DNA of 64,000 nt from a virus, in IMG/VR virus record IMGVR_UViG_3300045988_103857; one strand, 5' to 3'. Of the stretch, positions 1-8,924 are shown piece by piece. A program made the translations under genes and the position numbers. The notes under the pieces are model-generated. The model did no database searches and was not told the origin of the DNA. It worked only from the letters and a program-made list of their open reading frames with translations. Positions within the stretch are counted from its first letter, which is position 1. Every line of letters starts with the position of its first letter.

Positions 1-2
1 AA

Positions 3-836
3 ATCGGGACAAGACCGGGCTTCGAAAAAGTTCTGACTGAAAAGCTCTTTATTAAGAGAAAAATCAATCAGTCTGAGAGATTACAGCAGGCAATTGAAAA
101 CGGTGTGCCGGATGACGAGAACTTAAAGAGATTTGTATTTGATGATGCAGCTAACCTGTTTGAAGGCGTTGTTGCCAGAGCAAATGTCATGAAAGGACAA
201 TTCCTTTCTACAGGTGCCGTAAAAGTCAAAGAGAACAACGTGGATATGAGCATTGATTATGGCGTTCCGTCCAGCGCAAAGGTAGAAATGTCAGATTGGT
301 CTAAACCGGATGCAGATATCATGGGTGATATCCAGAAGATGGTTGCTGTTGCAGAGGATAATGGTTTTGTGGTAAACAAAGCCCTGACATCCCTTAAAAT
401 GATTAATTACATGAGAAACAACACTGCAATGCAGACAGCAGTCTTAGGAGCAGCAAACAAACGTCTCTTAACAAAACAGGAACTTGCAAATCTGCTTATG
501 CAGGAATACGGAATCACAATTGATCGTTGTGACGAGAAATTCAGATTCAGAAAAGCAGATGGTTCACTCAAAACAGGAAGATACTTCAAAGAGGATGTAT
601 TCACTTTGTATGAAGCAGAGCCGAACGGTTCATTTGGTACTGGACTCTGGGGCGTAACACCAGAGGAACTTGAATACAGACAGTTTATTCAGGAAGAAAA
701 TCGTTCCTTTGTAACACTGTCCATGTGGGCTACACAAGACCCAGTTGCAGTTTGGACTAAAGCATCAGGTATGTTTGTTCCAGTAGCAGCAAAAGCTAAT
801 GGCGGTATCGTAATCGGTACCAAAGCGGGGGAATAA
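3..836 (+). CDS. major capsid protein, HK97-fold, lambda gpE / Phage_cap_E-like (5' partial)
   Basis: The frame of ORF 105..836 stays open back to the window edge. Length and sequence pattern resemble gpE-type capsid proteins, and it sits just upstream of a head-tail adaptor gene. Confidence 0.7.
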   Translation: MGTRPGFEKVLTEKLFIKRKINQSERLQQAIENGVPDDENLKRFVFDDAANLFEGVVARANVMKGQFLSTGAVKVKENNVDMSIDYGVPSSAKVEMSDWSKPDADIMGDIQKMVAVAEDNGFVVNKALTSLKMINYMRNNTAMQTAVLGAANKRLLTKQELANLLMQEYGITIDRCDEKFRFRKADGSLKTGRYFKEDVFTLYEAEPNGSFGTGLWGVTPEELEYRQFIQEENRSFVTLSMWATQDPVAVWTKASGMFVPVAAKANGGIVIGTKAGE

Positions 837-919
837 ACGGGCATAGTCTCGACGAGAACAGCCAGTCACCATCTGTAGCAAGTGTTAAACACAAGTATAC
901 AGAAAACGAGCTGTCAAGC

Positions 920-1024
920 ATGACAGTGGTTCAACTGAAACAGCTCGCAAGTGACAATGGCTATGCCCTGACATCGACAAATAAGGCTGGTATTATCTCT
1001 GAAATTTTATCTCAGCAAGGGTAG
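920..1024 (+). CDS. HeH/SAP (Rho_N-like) domain peptide; either a 34-aa ORF or a -1 frameshift extension of the capsid protein
   Basis: Sequence MTVVQLKQLASDNGYALTSTNKAGIISEILSQQG fits the helix-extended-helix Rho_N/SAP pattern. The frame is open from 800, overlaps the capsid 3' end in the -1 frame, and the ATG has no good RBS. Confidence 0.35.
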   Translation: MTVVQLKQLASDNGYALTSTNKAGIISEILSQQG

Positions 1025-1034
1025 GTGATCTTGA

Positions 1035-1361
1035 ATGAACGAAGAACTTGTGAATGATCTGAAAGAATATCTATCCGATGATGCGGAAACTGACGGTATG
1101 ATTTCTTTGTCTGTGAAGCGTGCAATTCGTTCATTCAAAAAGAAACGCAACTATCCGTCTGGATATACAGACGAAAAAATCAATACCGATATGGAATGCT
1201 GTTATGATTGCATATTTGATCTGGCTCTTTATTTCCTTGTGAAGCAGGGAGCCGAGTTCCAAGAATCGCACTCTGAAAATTCAGTAAGTCGAAACTGGGA
1301 ATCCGAAACAGAAATATATATTAATCATGGCGTTTTTCCATTTGCAGGAAGTTTAATTTAA
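1035..1361 (+). CDS. head-tail connector/adaptor (phage gp6-like, SPP1 gp15-like)
   Basis: 108 aa, positioned after the capsid gene. Its sequence style is typical of the Phage_connect_1 family. Confidence 0.55.
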   Translation: MNEELVNDLKEYLSDDAETDGMISLSVKRAIRSFKKKRNYPSGYTDEKINTDMECCYDCIFDLALYFLVKQGAEFQESHSENSVSRNWESETEIYINHGVFPFAGSLI

Positions 1362-1474
1362 CTAAGATGGTTGGGTCACGTGGCACGGTATTTTTGTCCT
1401 CCCGGAGTGCCGCTGGGTTGCTTATATTCAGTAGGGAAAAGCAAATGTTAAGGGAGTGAAGAAAGGAACTGGCG

Positions 1475-1786
1475 ATGGGATGTGAACATGAATGTTTTAA
1501 TGAACACCGCATAGAAGAACTGGAAAAGAATTTTCAGCTGATGCAAGAGAAGCAATCTGATCGTAGTAAAGAGTTTTATGAGCGTATCGGGGAACTGGAA
1601 AGAAAGACAGCATTAAGTGAGAATGACTTGAACCATATCAAGTCAACTGTGGATGAGATGAATAACAATATAAAGACTCTCATGGCAGTCCCGGGAAAGC
1701 GTTACGATACAATCATTGTATGCGTTATTACAGCGATTGTCAGCGCAGTTATCGGTTTTATGTTAAGCGGTATTCTTCCAGTTTGA
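1475..1786 (+). CDS. XhlA-like (hemolysin XhlA family) membrane protein
   Basis: N-terminal coiled coil followed by a single C-terminal TM segment (IIVCVITAIVSAVIGFMLSGILPV), the architecture of PBSX XhlA. Confidence 0.5.
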   Translation: MGCEHECFNEHRIEELEKNFQLMQEKQSDRSKEFYERIGELERKTALSENDLNHIKSTVDEMNNNIKTLMAVPGKRYDTIIVCVITAIVSAVIGFMLSGILPV

Positions 1787-1815
1787 TTCCACTTGTAAGG
1801 GAGGACGGTGGAAAT

Positions 1816-2070
1816 ATGAATTATACAGACTTTTCAGAAGATGAAAGAAAATTTTATTTAAAAGAAGCAGGCTTTGATTCCAGAGAAGAAAAACTGTTTC
1901 GATTACGGGCCTATGGCGAAAAGACACTATGGGAAGCATCTGAACTTATGGGGTATAGTCCGAGAACCATAGACCGAATTAACAAAAGAATAAAGAAGAA
2001 AATTTCCAAAGTTGCCCCGATGTATTGTCGGGGCTTTTCTTTGTATTATGGCGAAAACGTGGCGAAATAG
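1816..2070 (+). CDS. small sigma-70 region-4-like HTH protein (possible late-gene regulator)
   Basis: An ATG with a GGGAGG RBS lies inside ORF 1720..2070. The segment EASELMGYSPRTIDRINKRIKKKI resembles a region-4 HTH. Confidence 0.45.
   Translation: MNYTDFSEDERKFYLKEAGFDSREEKLFRLRAYGEKTLWEASELMGYSPRTIDRINKRIKKKISKVAPMYCRGFSLYYGENVAK
2014..2042 (+). terminator. rho-independent terminator overlapping the 3' end of the HTH gene
   Basis: Stem GCCCCGA/TCGGGGC with a 7-nt loop, followed by TTTTCTTT. Confidence 0.5.
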
Positions 2071-2225
2071 TGACGTTCAAAAACAGAGTTCCTTCCTATA
2101 TAATATAATCATAGGAGAAAACACAATGATTATGTTAAGGAACCCTTACGAGGGTATATGGGAAAAGCATCGTTCCATAGATGATATGGATATGATTCTT
2201 GAATCCCGGACAGGAGGAACAGATT

Positions 2226-2723
2226 ATGGCAGGTTATCCGTATTATCCGCAACAGCCAATGATAAACAACCCATACGGACAAATACAGCCGTATCAGGAC
2301 AGGCTGGCACAATTGCAGAATAATTACCAACAGGCAATGCCTTATGGTCAAATGCAGATGCAACAGTTACAGTCAATTCCACAATCCCCTATGCTTCAAG
2401 GACAGATGGTGGATGGGATTGATACTGTAAAGGCTAAAGATGTGGATATGTCCGGCAATCCTGTTTACTATCCAAAAACAGACGGAACTGAAATTTACAG
2501 AAAACAGCTTCAATCCGATGGAAGGAGCAGGATTTTTGTTTACCGACTTGCAAACCCAGACGAACAACAGCCAAAGCAAGATGAAAAGCAGATTGACATT
2601 GAAGCAATGTTTAATCAGCTTCGGAATGATGTTTGTTCGGAGATTTCTGAAATAAAGAATATGTTTCCGACGCAGATGTCGGGAACACCAGAACCTAAGC
2701 AGAACGGAGGTAGGCAGAGATGA
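2226..2723 (+). CDS. hypothetical protein with Q/P/Y-rich low-complexity N-terminus
   Basis: ATG with a GGAGG RBS. N-terminus MAGYPYYPQQPMINNPYGQIQPYQ...QMQMQQLQ, followed by a globular C-terminal half. Confidence 0.5.
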   Translation: MAGYPYYPQQPMINNPYGQIQPYQDRLAQLQNNYQQAMPYGQMQMQQLQSIPQSPMLQGQMVDGIDTVKAKDVDMSGNPVYYPKTDGTEIYRKQLQSDGRSRIFVYRLANPDEQQPKQDEKQIDIEAMFNQLRNDVCSEISEIKNMFPTQMSGTPEPKQNGGRQR

Positions 2724-2959
2724 TGAACCCTATGCAACTTATGCAGATGATACGTAACGGTGGAAATCCACAGCAAGCTATCATCAATATTATGAAAAAT
2801 CAGTCTGGGAACAGCCCAGTTATAAACAATGCTATCAATATGATGGAAAAAGGCGACAGTGCAGGTCTTGAAAAACTTGCAAGAAACCTTTGCAAAGAAA
2901 AAGGAATTAATCCTGATGATATGTTATCGCAGGTTAAGAACCAGTTTGGAATAAAATAA
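2720..2959 (+). CDS. hypothetical protein
   Basis: ATGA overlap with the preceding gene, 79 aa, no family recognised. Confidence 0.45.
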   Translation: MMNPMQLMQMIRNGGNPQQAIINIMKNQSGNSPVINNAINMMEKGDSAGLEKLARNLCKEKGINPDDMLSQVKNQFGIK

Positions 2960-2968
2960 GCGGATAAA

Positions 2969-3529
2969 TTATTTATCCGCATATCTCCAACCAAATCCGT
3001 GTGTTTGAGAAAAAATGCCTTTGCAACATTTCCCTATTTTGGACTCCGAACATCCAGTCGCTCTGGAAGCTTCACCTATACTTCCAAAAGTGGCAATAAT
3101 ATTCCCAGTGTTTAAATCAATTTGGCTCACTGGAATAGAAGATGCGTTTTGGAATCCGGTTTTCCCTAGCCACGGTTTAGAACCTTTGTTTATTCCGATT
3201 TTGTAAGCGTGCAAATTGTTTTCGGAAGACGTGCACCATTCAAGGTTATTTACACAATTATCTTTTTTGTTTCCGTTAATGTGGTTAACTTGAGGCTTGT
3301 TTTCCGGATTTGGAATAAACGCTATTGCAACAAGACGATGTACCATAAAATACGCAGGCTTTTTATTCCGATATAAACTGACTCGCAAATATCTCCCGTC
3401 AGCGCAGATTGGACTTAATATTTTGATTTTGGAATGATGGTTTCCTGATTGCAAACTTTTTACATTCCCTAGATTGCTTACTTGATAAACACCTTCGTAT
3501 TTTGGAATGTCTTTCCATATTTCTTTCAT
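2969..3529 (-). CDS. free-standing HNH homing endonuclease (NUMOD4 + HNH_3 type)
   Basis: N-terminal [21 protein letters not shown] (NUMOD4), HRLVAIAF...[18 protein letters not shown] (HNH), and a C-terminal IENR/NUMOD1-like HTH. It is oriented against the surrounding operon. Confidence 0.8.
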   Translation of the reverse strand: MKEIWKDIPKYEGVYQVSNLGNVKSLQSGNHHSKIKILSPICADGRYLRVSLYRNKKPAYFMVHRLVAIAFIPNPENKPQVNHINGNKKDNCVNNLEWCTSSENNLHAYKIGINKGSKPWLGKTGFQNASSIPVSQIDLNTGNIIATFGSIGEASRATGCSESKIGKCCKGIFSQTHGFGWRYADK

Positions 3530-3728
3530 AAAAATAACACCTTGCCTTTCTGATGTACGCCTTTATTGGTTGTGGGAAAATCACTAAGGCATGTGACTTT
3601 CGGGTCGCGAATCCCTATTCCCACATAAATATTATACTATATTTCATTTAACATTGCTACAAAATTGAGCTGAAAGCCCGGGATTTCTACTTGATTTGTA
3701 AAATAAATCAAATAGGAGGTTTGAATTT

Positions 3729-4535
3729 ATGATGAATTCAGGCGGATATAGCCTTGCTGACATTGCGGCAGCAACAGGCTCTAATAATCATGCAGATGAT
3801 GGCTACGGCTTCGGCGGTGGATGGGCATGGTGGATCATTATACTTCTCATCTTTGGTTGGGGAGGCAATGGCTGGGGCTTCGGCGGAAACAGAGGAAATG
3901 GAAGCACAGATTTCTTAGACTCTGCTTTACAACGTGGCTTCGATAACCAGTCCGTAATTAGCAAGCTCGATGGTATCAGCAATGGTATCTGTAACCTTGG
4001 TTATGACCAGTTGGCTCAGCTGAATGGAATCAATCAGAATATTTCTAATGGATTCCACGGCGTAGATAATGCTATCTGCAATCTTGGCTATCAGACCCAG
4101 CAGGGATTTAATAGTACAAACATTGCACTTATGCAGGGACAGAATGCATTACAGTCTCAGTTAGCTCAGTGTTGCTGTGACAACAGGGAAGGACAGGCTC
4201 AGATCAGATATGATATGGCTACCAACGCTTGTGCAATCCAGAACTCAATGAACAACAATACCAGAGATATTCTGGAAAATCAGAACAGCAACACCCGTGC
4301 CATTCTTGATTATCTTTGCCAGAAGGAAACAGCAGACCTTAGAGCAGAGAATCAGGCACTTAAACTGGCGGCTTCACAGTCCGACCAGAATGCGGTATTA
4401 CAGGCGGCTATGAACGCAAATACAGCAGAAATTCTCAGACGCACTGCACCACTTCCGGTTCCGGCATATCCGGCAAGTAATTTGTATGGATATTACGGAA
4501 ACAACGGATGTGGATGCAACAGTGGATGCTGCTAA
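3729..4535 (+). CDS. membrane-anchored Gly/Trp- and Cys-rich protein
   Basis: GGAGG RBS, TM segment WAWWIIILLIFGW flanked by GGxG runs, a repeated NxICNLGY motif, a CCC triplet and a C-terminal GCGCNSGCC. Confidence 0.55.
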   Translation: MMNSGGYSLADIAAATGSNNHADDGYGFGGGWAWWIIILLIFGWGGNGWGFGGNRGNGSTDFLDSALQRGFDNQSVISKLDGISNGICNLGYDQLAQLNGINQNISNGFHGVDNAICNLGYQTQQGFNSTNIALMQGQNALQSQLAQCCCDNREGQAQIRYDMATNACAIQNSMNNNTRDILENQNSNTRAILDYLCQKETADLRAENQALKLAASQSDQNAVLQAAMNANTAEILRRTAPLPVPAYPASNLYGYYGNNGCGCNSGCC

Positions 4536-4614
4536 GTAACTCACCCTTAGAGGTTGACTAATTCTAAGAGGTGGGTTACGGCTCACCTCTTATTTTGATT
4601 GAGAGGTATAAAAT

Positions 4615-5040
4615 ATGAGTTGTAAAAATGTTTGTAAGCTCTGCAACCATCTTGTAATCAGCCAAGCCGTTGCGTTTACAGGAGGTAATCTTGTAATCAC
4701 ACTTCCAGCAGGCAGTTACAATAACGGAGAGAAATATTGTATTGTTGTTGCACAAAGCATACCGGAAACAACCACAATTTCTGCTCCGGTAGTAATCCAG
4801 GTAGGCACGGGAACAACCTTGTATCCATTACAGAATCGTTGCTGTGCACAGGTTACGGCTTGCGGAATAAGAACCAGAACGAAGTACGCAACCAGAGTAG
4901 CTACAAGTGCAACTGGCGGAGTATTCAAGATGTTAGGAAATCCAGCTTGTAGTCCGAGTAACAATTTGACAGCAATTAATGGTACAGCCCCAACAACAGA
5001 CACACCTGTTACACAGGCTGCCAGAAAGGGGGCAATGTAA
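4615..5040 (+). CDS. Cys/Thr-rich hypothetical protein
   Basis: Starts MSCKNVCKLCN, contains 9 Cys, and shares an ATGTAATG junction with the next gene. Confidence 0.5.
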   Translation: MSCKNVCKLCNHLVISQAVAFTGGNLVITLPAGSYNNGEKYCIVVAQSIPETTTISAPVVIQVGTGTTLYPLQNRCCAQVTACGIRTRTKYATRVATSATGGVFKMLGNPACSPSNNLTAINGTAPTTDTPVTQAARKGAM

Positions 5041-5672
5041 TGCATAAAGTTGCAATGGAAATGGGAAAATGGGCCATGGAGAAAGCTAAAGCACATGGCT
5101 TTGATAATCTCAGTGCTCAAGACTGGGACGATTTGAAAGACTGCATGGAAGCTGTAAAGTGTGCGATTTGCGCAGATAAGGATTACAGAATCGTAGAAGC
5201 TATGGACGAATGCGAACAGGAAGAGAAATATCTTGGACGCATGGGATATGACAGATATCGTTATGCAAACGGCAGATTTGCACCAAAAGGCAGAGGAAGT
5301 CGTATGGGATACAAGCCATATCTGTACATGGAAGATGATGACTGGATGAATGAATATCTGAATAATCCAGAATTTGAACGCAATATGTACCGCATGGGAT
5401 ATCACCCAGAATATTCAGACAGGAATATGGGGAATGATGGCATGAATCGTCAGCAGTCCAGATATGGTGAAACCTACGACAGGTACAGTGAGAATCGCAG
5501 ACATTACCATGATTCCAAAGACGCTGAATCAAAGAGAAAAATGGATGATTCCATGAAAGAGTACACAGAAGATATCATCCGCAATATGAAAGAAATGTGG
5601 GACGATGCAGACGCATCAATCAGACAGCAGATGAAAACTGATCTGACACGTTTCATACAGCAGATGAACTGA
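5040..5672 (+). CDS. hypothetical protein with three RMGY repeats
   Basis: Contains GRMGYDRYRY, SRMGYKPYLY and YRMGYHPEYS. It is translationally coupled to the preceding gene. Confidence 0.5.
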   Translation: MHKVAMEMGKWAMEKAKAHGFDNLSAQDWDDLKDCMEAVKCAICADKDYRIVEAMDECEQEEKYLGRMGYDRYRYANGRFAPKGRGSRMGYKPYLYMEDDDWMNEYLNNPEFERNMYRMGYHPEYSDRNMGNDGMNRQQSRYGETYDRYSENRRHYHDSKDAESKRKMDDSMKEYTEDIIRNMKEMWDDADASIRQQMKTDLTRFIQQMN

Positions 5673-5688
5673 ATATGAAATGAATTTT

Positions 5689-5721
5689 GCCCTTGTTACA
5701 GGAATGTAGCAGGGGCTTTTT
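5689..5721 (+). terminator. rho-independent terminator
   Basis: Stem GCCCTTGT/GCAGGGGC (two G-U pairs) followed by TTTTT. Confidence 0.5.
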
Positions 5722-5740
5722 AGTTATGGAGGTACATAAT

Positions 5741-5902
5741 ATGCCGAGAAAAAAAGCGGAAGTCAAAATTAAAATGATTTGTGAGAAATGCGGAAAACCA
5801 CAGAAACCAAGTGCTGACAAATCAACAACTAATTGGAATGTATATGACTGTCATGAAAAATGTGAATGTGGTGGAAAATTCGTAATGAAATTCGAGGATT
5901 GA
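5741..5902 (+). CDS. small zinc-ribbon protein
   Basis: GGAGG RBS and CxxC...CxC motifs (CEKCG, CHEKCECGG). Confidence 0.45.
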   Translation: MPRKKAEVKIKMICEKCGKPQKPSADKSTTNWNVYDCHEKCECGGKFVMKFED

Positions 5903-5904
5903 TT

Positions 5905-6255
5905 ATGGAAAATTTGACTGTAAATATTTTAGGAACCGAGTACAAAATATATTTCAGGAATGAAAAAGACGACGATTTACTTGATGGAAAAGGCAGAGAT
6001 GGATACACGGATATGTCCGCGCACGAAATTATAGTGTGTAACAAAAAAGATGATTGTGAATTAATAGATTACGAAAATTGGAAGAAAAACATTCTACGTC
6101 ATGAAATTGTTCATGCTTTTTTATTTGAAAGTGGACTTGATTCTTCGTCTGCCAATTTTTATGGAGCATGGGCTACGAACGAAGAAATGGTTGATTGGTT
6201 TGCAATTCAATCTCCAAAGATTTTTAAAGTATTCCAAGAACTTGATTTAATTTGA
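5905..6255 (+). CDS. HExxH zinc-metallopeptidase-like protein
   Basis: Contains the HEIVHAF motif. It is a distant paralogue of the next gene. Confidence 0.5.
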   Translation: MENLTVNILGTEYKIYFRNEKDDDLLDGKGRDGYTDMSAHEIIVCNKKDDCELIDYENWKKNILRHEIVHAFLFESGLDSSSANFYGAWATNEEMVDWFAIQSPKIFKVFQELDLI

Positions 6256-6273
6256 AAAGGATGGTGATAAGCC

Positions 6274-6660
6274 ATGATAAGACAATTTTACATGAACGGC
6301 GACCTATGGAGAGTGCAGTTCGTATCTCCGCACGACAGCGTGTTAATTGATCGTACAGGCAATAGAACGCTTGGGGTATCGGATTATTCCACCCATATTA
6401 TTTCAATCGCAAATAACCTGCACGGAGAGCTTCTGAATCGTGTGTTTATTCATGAGTTAGGGCATTGCGTAATGTTTAGCTACGGTCTATTACCAGAACT
6501 TCATCACATGGTCAAGAAACGGTATTGGGTGGATGCAGAAGAATGGTGCTGCAATCTTCTGGCCGACTATTCTTGTTTCGTGATTGGCACAGCTAGAGAT
6601 ATTTTAGGAAACCAGTTCACATATGTAGCTCCTATCGGGGCAGAAAGGATGATTGCATAG
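6274..6660 (+). CDS. HExxH zinc-metallopeptidase-like protein (ImmA/SprT-like)
   Basis: Contains the HELGHCV motif. Confidence 0.5.
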   Translation: MIRQFYMNGDLWRVQFVSPHDSVLIDRTGNRTLGVSDYSTHIISIANNLHGELLNRVFIHELGHCVMFSYGLLPELHHMVKKRYWVDAEEWCCNLLADYSCFVIGTARDILGNQFTYVAPIGAERMIA

Positions 6661-6903
6661 ATGGCAAAAGCAGAAAACACAGTTATTTTTGATGGAATCA
6701 AGTACAATCCCGGTGATGAATTGCCAGATTTAGGCAGTTGGGTGTGTACAGATGCAAAAGGCATGGTTCGTGATTACGAAGGGCTTTCAAAGGACGTATC
6801 GAAGCTTCCACATTATGTAGAGAGTGGTTCTTCGGCGTTGTGCCTTGATACTTCTGAATTATACGAATATCACAAACCTACCGATACATGGTACAAACTG
6901 TAA
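6661..6903 (+). CDS. hypothetical protein
   Basis: Abuts the preceding stop codon, 80 aa. Confidence 0.45.
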   Translation: MAKAENTVIFDGIKYNPGDELPDLGSWVCTDAKGMVRDYEGLSKDVSKLPHYVESGSSALCLDTSELYEYHKPTDTWYKL

Positions 6904-6916
6904 AGGAGAATCGCAT

Positions 6917-8821
6917 ATGGCATTAACAGCAAAGAAAGTATATGCAATATTAAAACGCCAGATTTCCGATATGGAAGCAAAAATAAAAACGCCTATTATT
7001 TACCGTGGTACAGTTGCAACCGCTGATTTGCTTCCATTAAATCCAGATATCGGAGATATGTACAATATCGAGTCTAAATCTGTCTATGGCGAAGCAGGAA
7101 TGAACGTGGCATGGAACGGTGTAGTATGGGATACTATGGGCGCCCCGATTGATATGTCGCTTTACATTAAATCAAGCGAATTGGCGGATTGGGTAAAACA
7201 GCAGAACAAGCCGACATATACGGCTGAAGAAGTTGGAGCGTTGCCGGCTGATACAAAGATTCCAAGCAAAACTAGTGACTTGCAGAATGACTCTGGATTC
7301 TTGACTAAAATTCCAGACAATTATCTTTCTGGAACAGACAAAACTCTGAGCGTATCTGGAAAAGCTGCTGACGCAAAGGCTGTTGGAGATAAAAACGTAG
7401 AATTATTAGCTGATATATCAAATAAGTTAAATAAGAACCAAGGCTCGGAGAACTCTGGCAAGATTGCCGGAATTAACGAATCTGGTGATATTGTTCCAAT
7501 GTTTCCAGTAAGCGTAGATTACAACGAAGAAACAAATTGTCTTGAGTTTGGCTCTGATCAGAAAATGGAACTGAACCAAGGTATCGGTCTTGATAGCACT
7601 CTCACAAAGACGGGATATGCCGCTGATGCGGGCGTAGTTGGAGAAATAACTAATTCACTAAAGGAAGATATAGGTGACTTAGAAAATTTAAAGTATAGAG
7701 AATTATATGATAATCTTTTTTATGATTTTTTTGATATTGCCACTAATAAAAGCGGTAATATTAATGAATATGGAAATGCTCAGCATATATTTGTAGAGAA
7801 TGTCTATTCAAATGGTGCCAAACTTGAAAGTGGAAATTATTTAGTTGCGCTCAAACTTACAAATATCAGTTTAAAAAGACAGGTTAATGTGGACGCAAGT
7901 TTTGCACTTTGTATTATAGACGGTTGGAATAAAAAATACTTGGGAGATATTCAATATTATAATGGTGAAAAAGAGTTATTTGTTTATTCCATTATAAATT
8001 TTACAAATGACAATAATATAAAAGTTTCTCCAGCTTTAATTTTAAATGGTGGCTTTGAGTCAAACTCCGAATATTCCTTTGATGTAGATACCATTGCTAT
8101 CATAAAAAATAACACAAATGGATTACCTGAATCAATCTTTCATTATGGAAATAACAAGATATATCCTGTTTTTAATATGTATGGCAATCTATCTAATTTT
8201 AAAAATGCCTATATTCTGAATAAAAAATTGGTTGCTAATGACACAAGTGGAACATCCGATGTTTCGGCTCAATATACTGTTGCGAAGATGGGAAATACTG
8301 TAAATAAAATTATGTTAAAAGGTATTTTTGATACAAATACCACAATAGCTATTATTACAGAGCCTAACGGAATGACAAATGTTACAGATGTTACAAATAG
8401 GTCTATTCATGTTACGTTTAGTGCAAATGGTTGCTCGGTTGGTTATTTTGATAATAAAGCATTAACGAACATAAAAAATATATCTTGGGATGGAGACTAT
8501 ATAGGCAAAGAAGTAACTATTGGCTTTGAAATAAGTGGAAATGTTATTACAGTTTATCTGCCAAACGGAAACACTTTAACGGTAACTAATGAAAAGTTAA
8601 TATCTTGTGGTGGAAAATATGCTTTGTGGGAGCATTATATGGGAGGGCTTAATAAAAGAATTTTCCATTCTGCACAATTTACAAAAATTTATGCAGAGGA
8701 TGCTGACGGAAATGTTCTTTGTGATGATTTTAACAGAGAAAATGGTAGCATTGGGATTTCTCCGCAAGGTTATGTTTATGCTCAATTTACAAATGAAAAT
8801 CAAACTGGATGGACATTTTAA
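6917..8821 (+). CDS. fibre / receptor-binding-like protein
   Basis: AGGAG RBS at the 6917 ATG. Contains fibre motifs GDMYNI and two copies of L[ST]x[ST]GxAADAxxVG (LSVSGKAADAKAVGD, LTKTGYAADAGVVGE). Confidence 0.6.
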   Translation: MALTAKKVYAILKRQISDMEAKIKTPIIYRGTVATADLLPLNPDIGDMYNIESKSVYGEAGMNVAWNGVVWDTMGAPIDMSLYIKSSELADWVKQQNKPTYTAEEVGALPADTKIPSKTSDLQNDSGFLTKIPDNYLSGTDKTLSVSGKAADAKAVGDKNVELLADISNKLNKNQGSENSGKIAGINESGDIVPMFPVSVDYNEETNCLEFGSDQKMELNQGIGLDSTLTKTGYAADAGVVGEITNSLKEDIGDLENLKYRELYDNLFYDFFDIATNKSGNINEYGNAQHIFVENVYSNGAKLESGNYLVALKLTNISLKRQVNVDASFALCIIDGWNKKYLGDIQYYNGEKELFVYSIINFTNDNNIKVSPALILNGGFESNSEYSFDVDTIAIIKNNTNGLPESIFHYGNNKIYPVFNMYGNLSNFKNAYILNKKLVANDTSGTSDVSAQYTVAKMGNTVNKIMLKGIFDTNTTIAIITEPNGMTNVTDVTNRSIHVTFSANGCSVGYFDNKALTNIKNISWDGDYIGKEVTIGFEISGNVITVYLPNGNTLTVTNEKLISCGGKYALWEHYMGGLNKRIFHSAQFTKIYAEDADGNVLCDDFNRENGSIGISPQGYVYAQFTNENQTGWTF

Positions 8822-8924
8822 TCAATTAACAAAAGAGGGCTTTAGTTAACCATTAAAACTGCAGGCACAACGCATTTAATTATTATAAACAGTTGACAAT
8901 AAATAACAGATATGGAGGAATCAC

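Noticed and set aside
2126-2323. A 65-aa ORF with a good RBS (AGGAG) overlapping the start of the Q-rich gene by about 100 nt in another frame.
   Set aside because: Its second half is the alternative-frame reading of the Q/P-rich repeat region and looks like low-complexity shadow sequence. A short leader peptide, or a +1 fusion to the Q-rich ORF, cannot be excluded but is unsupported.
4716-5405. A 229-aa minus-strand hydrophobic ORF.
   Set aside because: It is antisense to two well-supported, translationally coupled plus-strand genes (4615..5040 and 5040..5672). It has no RBS and looks like a shadow ORF.
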